A stretch of 59,628 bases of DNA, filler included, from Sphacelaria rigidula (lineage: Eukaryota), in assembly GCA_964200075.2 (NCBI GenBank). It is 6 parts of 6 records of this genome, joined end to end, with 100 filler letters (N's around TTAATTAATTAA, not from the genome) between each part and the next. Parts side by side here need not be neighbours in the genome. Positions count along the whole stretch, not along the records: positions 49,776 to 59,628 come from CAXNAA020007630.1; 5 more parts are not named here. One strand, given 5' to 3'. The notes beneath the pieces are model-generated. The model did no database searches, was not told where the DNA came from, and saw only the letters and a list, made by a program, of their open reading frames with translations. Of this stretch, positions 51,510 through 59,628 are shown one piece after another. The position numbers and the translations under genes were made by a program. Numbering within the stretch: position 1 is the first letter of the stretch; each line of letters opens with the position of its first letter.

Positions 51510-51843
51510 CACACGCGGCCATTTGTCCACCTCCAACATTCCTCCAGGTGGGTAAACGTTTCGAGCCTCCAGAGAAATTTAACGCCTACGGAGGGCTGGG
51601 TAGCCCTCCAGAGGAGATTTTTTTTGTTTCCTCCAGAGGGATCGAACGCCTCCGGAGGCTTCTATTTGCCTCTGAAGGGCCGTGCATACCCCCAAATTCC
51701 TCCGGAGGGGTGCACGGCCCTCCGGGTCGGTAGAGTTTGGTTTCCTCCACAGGGATTGAAGGCCTCCGTAGGCTTGTTTTCCCCCTGGAGGGCCGCGCAT
51801 CCCTCCGGAGGCACTTGGGGGTGTAGCCCAACGGCCGCGTGTG
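51510..51843. mobile_element. MITE with cctcc/ggagg internal repeats
   Basis: TIR cacacgcggcc / ggccgcgtgtg; relatives at 59176-59539 and ~54157 / 55720-55840; no TSD resolved. Confidence 0.75.
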
Positions 51844-51918
51844 GGAAAAGCACGTGCAACCCCGGAATGCATCATTAGTGATCGAGTGTATGTGGCGTCT
51901 GGTTAGGGAACACATCAC

Positions 51919-52061
51919 CTTCGCGCGCGATTTCTCCATGTCAAGGGTGTAGTCTACATTCAAGTGTATCCAAAGAAACAGAGGAAAATGGGCAATTGGC
52001 AGCAAGTCGTCAAACAGCGCGGACACTTTTCGGGAGCTAATAGTCCCCACGTTCAGCACCC
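51919..52061 (-). CDS. Candidate internal exon of unknown protein
   Basis: tcag|GG VLNVGTISSRKVSALFDDLLPIAHFPLFLWIHLNVDYTLDMEKSRAK|gtgatg. Confidence 0.35.
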
Positions 52062-52258
52062 CTGACGATCATGTTAGCCGCGGGGCTGGAAGCCCTTATT
52101 TGCTCACACTTTCATCTTGTGAATAATGGTTGACGTCAGGGTCGTTTTCACAAGTTGGTTCAAAGCAACCAGGCGTGCGAGACCCGTGGCGTTGTCACCT
52201 TTGGCGCTGCTACCACGTGCGTCAGCCGTGGCTCACCACCAGTTCATGTTTTGATTAT

Positions 52259-53371
52259 TAGAGAGTTTCGGAAGTTTTTTTTTTATCATAGAGTCAGAGT
52301 GCAGAGTGGAAGCTTCGAAACTTCAAAGTGGACGTTAAAAAGTTCATAGCGGAACGGAAGCTGATGTGACGTGGTTTGACGTGATTTTGTTCTGTCGCAG
52401 TGATTGGCCGCAGGTTGCCCCGCCAAATGTATGATCGACCAGCGCCCACTTCGGAAGTGCGGAGGCCAGCACAACACTGACTGTACCGTACACTGCGGCA
52501 CCGTACGCACCACACCCTGTACGCTTTTTCAATGCACCTGCAGTACTTTAACCCACTACGGCGCACTACAGGACACTGTAGTGCTGTGGTGCTATAGTTC
52601 TGAGCAGCGTGGAGTACAGTACAGTACAGTACAGAGAGTGCAATACAGAACCCTACAATAGTGCATTGCGATGCTGTGAACTATTGTACTGTACAGCGAT
52701 ACCGTACAGAGAGTCAGTTGTACAAACAACAAAGTACAGACAGTACGGTACGCAGCACTTTTAAACAGCAGACCTCGGCCGCATCGCGATGGTTTCTTTA
52801 CATGCCACCCATAACGGTGGTGCAAGACGTCATGATCTCTCACAGGATGGGAATGCAGCCAGGGGTAGTACTACTTGTGCGCTGTAGACTACGAACCGTT
52901 TCCACCGTCTTATTCCAGCTGAGGCTGGCAAGAGTGAGGAGCTGCACCCAAGTCAACATGTACCCGTCGAGCATTGGAATATTCACGCAACACAACCAAG
53001 CGAATGCTGATACCATGGCGGCGTCAGGGAGGTCTTCTGATTCCCATGCCAAGCTTTTCTACTTCGTGAATAGCTCATTGTGATGAGTATGGCAGTTTTG
53101 ATGGACGATGAATGTCCCACTTCGCTGGTTGGGGTGTATTGACTTCGGACTGGACGTGACCATGGCGGTGAAGGCGGGCGTAGTTATTTTTCATTCCGCT
53201 ATGAGCTCTGAAGAGGAGCAACGGTTTTCAGAGTAAAGTGGTGCAAACGGCACTCTGACTCTAAAAAAATCGCCCTGAAGAAAACTTCAAAGCGGAAAGT
53301 GCACCGTTACCAACTATTTTTCCTTCCACTCTGACTCCAAGATTTGGAAAAACGTTTTCCGAAACTCTCTA
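52259..53371. mobile_element. hAT-like non-autonomous element
   Basis: Perfect 15-bp TIR tagagagtttcggaa plus inner 14-bp inverted repeat tagagtcagagtgc (52289 / 53263); flanks ttgattat / ttgacatt match 5 of 8. Confidence 0.7.
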
Positions 53372-53669
53372 TTGACATTTATATATATGTGTATGCATGT
53401 TTAGGAGCAGAAGCAAGTATACAAACCCCTAAAAGCCTACCAGACTTTCCTGATTTTTGTCAGTGTTTATTGACCAAGTTTTGCAACAAAGTTGACAGAA
53501 AAATATGCAAAAAATCAGGACAATTTTCGAAGGAATGCCATCCGGCATTTGAGGTAATCGGGACAGAGGTAGGCTTCAAGTCCGTATGCGCACATAAAGC
53601 TGAAGCTCAATTTGGGGATGTTCAGCTTAAATATGCCTGTTCATCGCAAAGCTTATATAATTAGCTCAA

Positions 53670-56345
53670 CCCTTTTGGGACCGGGCATCCAGAACGATCA
53701 ATGAGGCTGGTCAGGAATAACGTGTTGGGCGTCTGCACGAAACAGTGGTGTGTTGCTGAAAATCCGCGTATGCAACCACAGGGTTATGACGAAGACCGAC
53801 AGTTTCACCCAATCTACTCTGAGGTGCAGGGTGCGCATTAGATGGTACACATCTGATGAAGCAAGCAGTATAGGTCGTGGTAGAGAGCTTCCAACAGGAT
53901 GCGGCGACCGGCGGGCCGCCCGCCACTTAACTTGTGGCTTTGGATGATATTTTTGTCCTCATCACCTTGCCACACAACCCTTCGTGGTCGGGGTGGGCCA
54001 TCATTTCTCCCCCTGTTGCATGCGGCAAATTGTCTTCGAAGAGTATCAGCGTTGCGGCGCGCATGCATCAACTGTATAGTATGAGAGTACAGTGTAGTAC
54101 GCGTCCCTGACTGAAGCAGCAGCTGCCGCTGCATACTCCCTCGCACGTTCTGGGCAACACACGCGGCCATTCGGCTACCTAGTAAAGGAATTTTCAAACG
54201 CCATCCTCGGTTCCGTCTGTTTTGAAATCCCCCTTAAAGGATCTTGGGCATTCGTAATCCTCTTGAGGGATTTGAATGTTGGGGCCCTTCAAGGTCTGTT
54301 GTCAACATTTAGATCCCCTGGATTGTTGTTGAAGGCACAAGTGCTGTGGAAAAATCTGGAACTTTTACTGCCTCTGCTATTCGACATAAATCCTATTCCA
54401 AATTATTGGAATCGGGCAAAAAGGGTTTTGTTTTACGGGAGAGACTGTACAATTCCCATGCACACTCGCAGAATAATTTCATACACCAGAAGCTGTCCGA
54501 AATAGATCCTCATAATGCCCCCAACACCTGAAATAGGTTAGTGGCGATGGTGAGAAATCTGCACGAACCTCTTACATGTATGTTTACAGGTTTTTAAACC
54601 TCGTAGTCCCGGGTCCACCATTTGTTCGAATGAACACGCGAAAAAATATGATCGCGGTTTATTCTGTACGTTGACGACGATATGACCATCACAACAATAA
54701 GCACGGTTTGGTGTTGTACTGAACTGCACCATACCCTGCAGGACAGTATCATATCGTGCTTGTATGCGTAGTACCATATCATGCTTGTATATGTGCGGTG
54801 CAATAATACTGCAGAGTTAGCGCGGCATTTGCGCCAAGCATGGCTTAACAAAGTGGATGCCTGTAACTTTGAGTGCATGGGGGTGTTACATACCGTCAGC
54901 TACTGAGTATGCATCACGGCGCCCGTCTTGCAGCATGCTCACCGCTGCAGTCAGTAGGACGTGAAGGGGAACCGGGCAAAGTACAGTACAGACAGCGCAG
55001 GACTACATGTATGTTTTCTGCTTACAGTGCGACGTGAAAAGGACTTAAACAGTGTCCGCAGCTTTGTCTGCCTGCACTACTGTCCATGGCGGGTTTGCAT
55101 GCAGTCCAAGCCACCGGTTATTGCCCGCACCCTACCCCGCGACCGACCATGGAAGAAGATGCTCAAGTTTAAACTTCCACCAAAAAGCATACATCATACC
55201 CAACTACTGCAGTGTGTATCTATATCCCTGTGCCCGACTCGCGCTCTTTGCTGCAGGATTATTGTGGTGGTATTGTAGCTGGGAATATAAGTGTTATCGG
55301 GTTTGCAGTTCAATCTGTGAACGGCGGGTTGTGTTGTGTGTTGCCGTCCAATCGATTCTGGACGCCGATCTAAATATTTCGGTATACAGTATGAGGGCGC
55401 ACCAGCCGGGGGTTACACAGGAGGAAGGCCAATGTGAACGACGGGTGATACAGATATATCTGTCGTGATGACCCATACCATAAGATTGCTGGGGTCCCAC
55501 AGGTCCCATGGAAGCAGTTGGGAAACAAGTGCATACAAACGTAAATTTACAAGCTGGAGGATACTGTACGGCTATGTCCTCCGGAGTCGCAGCAAATGCC
55601 TTAGAGGCCATACTCGGTCCCTCCTCCAGAGGTGCGCTCATATTTCCCTGTGCTGTTCGTATTTCCCTCGAAGGGACGTTCACGAAACCACGTGCTGCAG
55701 AGCACCATAGTTTTGAAACTATGGAGGGATTCAGACCTCAGAAGTCATTGGAGCATCACTCGTAGAGAGTGATTCATACTCGGTTCCGGTCATGAAACGA
55801 ATCCTCTGGAGGGCATCTGATGCTCCAGTGACTTCTGAGGTTACATACATGTGGATTGCACATTGCAAGTCATCGGCAGAGGGATACGCAGAATTCATTA
55901 CGGTAGCTCTTTCTGTCTTTCCACAGCCCACCTGGATTCTTGCCTCGTGAAAATGACTACATTGTGGCATGTACGCACTCCTTTCCGGTTTTTTTCTCGT
56001 TCACCCTGTGTTAGTGTAAATAACTACTTTCAGTATAGAATTGGGACCCGAAAAAACTTTCGGAACAACTCGGGAACGGTATACTGAGTGCAAGTAATAC
56101 CATGGAACCAAGCTGCGACCACCATGCACTTGGAAACCTGGGGAGGCTTATCTGGGCCAGGGATGGGGCTCCCACACGATCTTCACAGTGGCATCGCACT
56201 CAACAGCACTCCCCGCGCTGGTCTTTCGGGTATCGTCGACGAATTTCGCCTCGCCGTGATTGGGCAGGTCGCTCGAAGACTTATTTTTCATTATTGCACC
56301 AACACAGGGTCAACCCTGTGTCAGTGAGGATCCGGTCCCAAAGGG
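53670..56345. mobile_element. piggyBac-like element copy 3 with ~1.7 kb of nested inserts
   Basis: tcaa|cccttttgggaccgg ... ccggtcccaaaggg|taaa; homology to the other copies breaks at ~54157 and resumes at ~55845. Confidence 0.75.
55328..55432 (-). mobile_element. 3' SINE fragment
   Basis: gttgtgttgtgtg...attctggacgcc...acacaggaggaaggccaa matches 43633-43730. Confidence 0.7.
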
Positions 56346-59175
56346 TAAAAATGCTTCAAACGAACATATATATGAAGTGCATAAAGTTGCGATAGAGGGA
56401 GTTTTTGTTGCGCCTCCTGCAGCCAGCTGCCCGCGAGTGCTCTATGTGGCGTGACTCGTCACCAGAGAGACCGACAGGCTTCAGGCTTCAATGCTCCAAA
56501 CATTCATGGTTGTGTCTCGTGTTTTTATCTTGTTGTGGCTCTGATCAGCAAAATGTTCCATTTCATCATTTTCGTCCATGGTACTATCTACGACATTGTT
56601 TTGAAAAATGTTACCGAGACTAGCACACTTGTACAGCGTACAACCTTTACTGGTAGTTCGATTAGATTTTGAATGTCGACTAACGACAGGTGATGGGGAG
56701 GAGAGGTGTGAGCTTGAAGCTTGTACTCGTAGCTTGCCGGGGGAAAGGCCGATGACTACAATGCTCTGTGTCCAGAGGCTACAATGCCCTACTGCTTTCA
56801 TGTGCATGTATCATTTCGCATATTTCACAACTTTTGCCGTGTTCTCTGGCTGCAAGGCATCTTAGCCCGCGCTTTCTTTTGCAGTGCACGAAGGAGGGTC
56901 AGCGGTACACTACAGTTCAGGTTTGGGTGTCATCTGATACCTGTGGCGCGTGTTCTTGCCATCGAAAGTCGCTCACACTGGCTCTTTTTTGCGGGGTGTC
57001 GATCCCGAACCACAAACGCCCGCTCATGGCGGGGTATTTTTTCACCGTGATTTGTTTTGCGCTCTCGATGAATTGGGAACACGATCACGGTGCTTATGCA
57101 GCGAATGTCACGCGAACATAAGAGCAAAGCAGTTGAAAACAGCTGAACATTGCCTTGACTTAGTCAGCAGCAAACAAAAGTCGAAAGATCTGAGATCCCT
57201 CATCATTTACTTCGTAGTTTTGACGTGAAGTCTCCAACACGGTCATATCTGGGTAAGATTAACTCATATGTGCCCCAATCATGCGGGCGTAACAATCCAC
57301 AAAATAGGCATCGTGAAGCACACCGAAGCATGTGTAGATTGGTATTAGAGGAAGGGGTCACAGTCACAGCAGCAGCAGGGGAAGTCGCTGATGACCTGGT
57401 GTGCATTGATACGGTGGATACTCACGGTGCGTGGCATTTTGTGTTTTAAACACCCTGCTGTCCGATGACGGCTAGATAGAGTGGGTACAGCGATAGTTGA
57501 TCACGCAGGCTGCGACGGATCCTGCCGGCCTCATCATCAATCTTCGCCCGGTTATGGACGAACGCTCGAGGAAACCCAGCAAATGGGCATCGTTTATGGT
57601 CCGCTGTATGTGTGAGGGTTGGGAGCTGAACATTTCCAATTCAAAAATCTCGACAGTCGAAGATTGAGCTCCTGTCCCGCGACCAGTGAGTTGTGCTGCG
57701 GACCCCTGCCGGCGTCCCTGGCACTGGGGGCGACATCCCGGTACAGACAGTCCCATCAATACCGGGACGGCCGTGCACAGGCCGGCAGCCGGGATGGCCG
57801 TTGCACTGGTGTTCTTCTAGCGTTAACAACTTAGAGTACGGCCGCACAGGCTTTGCACGCGAATATTTCCGTGATTGCCTCACTTCCACTTCGGCCATGT
57901 GCTGTGGATTATTTGATTATTTCAGGATCTCACCGCCTGATAAGTATGGAAATGTATTGCACCGTAGACAAGAGCGTTTTACATTCAGTATACAAATTAA
58001 AGACATGTACTGTGCACAGTATAGAAGCTATTGCCTTCTGCGACGTGCACAGTACTCGTACAAAAGTGGGAAGTGCGCGCAGTATGACTTCAAGACAGTG
58101 TAGAGATCTCCACGCGGTATGAATTGTAACAGCGGGCTTGCGCGCCATACACATAGCGGCTGTGTTACCATCCGCTCAAGATACAGGCAGGAATCATAGC
58201 GGCAGAGGCGGCCTATTAGTCTTGGGTGCGCCACCTAAGGCAAATGCACACTTAGCTGCCACACCGACCGCTGTACTACATGTGGCAGAGCGAGGGATGG
58301 TACACCACGTACACACGGACAGCAAGCAATATCATGCATATATACTGTATACAAGTGTGATTTGAAATCCGTGCGCGCGGGGTCGGGCCGGCATTTAGAG
58401 AACCCTGCACAAGTTCGCCGTGTACTACCGAGACGCGACCTTATTTCGGAAGCGATCACTTGCCATGTGTGCTGTGACGGGTCTCGTGCGTGATGGTGTT
58501 TTTTCCACCTCCGCACACCGCCCGTGAAGCGAGCTTTTCATGCTGGAGGTGTCCACCGCTCTTCCCGTAACTCTTGGTCTGAGACATTCGGAACTGCGAA
58601 ATGTGACAGTACGAGTATCTATTGGAAGATACATTTTCTCCCACACAATTGCCTTCATAATATGAAAAAGGAATAACACTGATATATGTCCGACTTGCGT
58701 CACCCCCGGGAGGTCAGTGTCAACCTCCCGAAGGGGAACCTTGTATCATGTATCATAATTGTGTATTAGCATTCATTTGTTGCTCTGGTATGTGGGTTAG
58801 AGAGTAGGTGTGCAGGTTGTGGCCCTCAAACGTGATAACTGGACAAAGCTTCATTATCTAGTTAAAAATAAGAATCAACACTTCGAATGCCCAATTCGTC
58901 GTCTTGTCGTCGTGCTAGAAGACGCGCCTGATGAGGGGATACTGCCACAACACCAAAACAAGGACGTGAGTAAGGCGCGAATGCCACACCTAATGTGCGC
59001 TGAAAAAGCTTCAAGTGGGGGCGTAACCCTTTTGTAACCCTCCCCTCCCGTCCCCGAGCCAGACGCCTCATTATGAGAAGCTCTGACGAAGAAGAAAACA
59101 TGGAAACGGAAAAGACGGCGGGCAACCATTTTCACTGTGAAAGACCAAATAAGACTCCAGACGCGCACGTCATGG

Positions 59176-59539
59176 CACGCGCGGCCACTCGGCTACCCCC
59201 ATAAACATCCTCTATCGCGATTTTCATCCTCGCAAGGTTCAAGTGACCCTCCGGAGGATAAAAATACCCTCTGAAGGGTATTTCGTACTCAGTTCTCGTG
59301 ATAAAACGAATCCTCTGGAGGGTATCTGATGCTCCAGTGACTTCTGGGGTCTGAATCCCTCGAGAGTAACAAAAAAGATGGTGCTCTGGAGGGCTGCGCA
59401 TCCTCCAAGTTCCTCCGGAGGGTGCGCGGCCCTCGAGAGGCAAAAGAAACCTCTAGAGGCGTTCGATGCCATCCCTCTGGAGGCTCGAAAAGTTGACGGG
59501 AACAGAGGATTTTGGGGGGTAGCCGAATGGCCGAGTGTG
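59176..59539. mobile_element. MITE with cctcc/ggagg internal repeats
   Basis: 25-bp TIR cacgcgcggccactcggctaccccc / cacactcggccattcggctaccccc (rc). Confidence 0.8.
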
Positions 59540-59628
59540 GGATGTACCGAAAATGAAACCCCGGAACGGTCGAGTTGGTTTTGTCCAATGATATCACGCG
59601 ACGGGCGAAGTGTGGCCAATCGTGTGCA

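Noticed and set aside
53441..53599. Exon with in-frame TGA (selenocysteine or readthrough)
   Set aside because: No homology or SECIS evidence; more simply non-coding.

Overview
This is eukaryotic, intron-rich, transposon-dense DNA, most likely from a brown alga (Phaeophyceae). The evidence is EsV-1-7 Cys-repeat exons, a signal-peptide plus SAF plastid-targeting leader, and long introns. The window is not one locus. It is six contigs of 9856, 9856, 9855, 9855, 9853 and 9853 bp joined by artificial 100-bp N44-TTAATTAATTAA-N44 linkers, so adjacency across linkers carries no information. Recognisable gene fragments are: a plastid-targeted NADPH-thioredoxin reductase (NTRC-like, 2 exons); an RS/RD-rich first exon resembling the DDX23/PRP28 N-terminus, with a probable GC donor; a coiled-coil/low-complexity gene with a 3.7-kb exon; three phase-compatible ENTH-domain exons; and three exons of an EsV-1-7 repeat protein. 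The rest is non-autonomous TEs: hAT-type elements with 8-bp TSDs and subterminal arrays built on GTAC, AGCT or ACGT palindromes, TTAA-flanked piggyBac-like elements, a tRNA-headed SINE family, foldback elements and several nested insertions. I found no convincing new multi-gene system. The most unusual signals are the palindrome-array elements (one with near-hammerhead motifs) and a candidate structured RNA. All assignments are by eye, without database searches.
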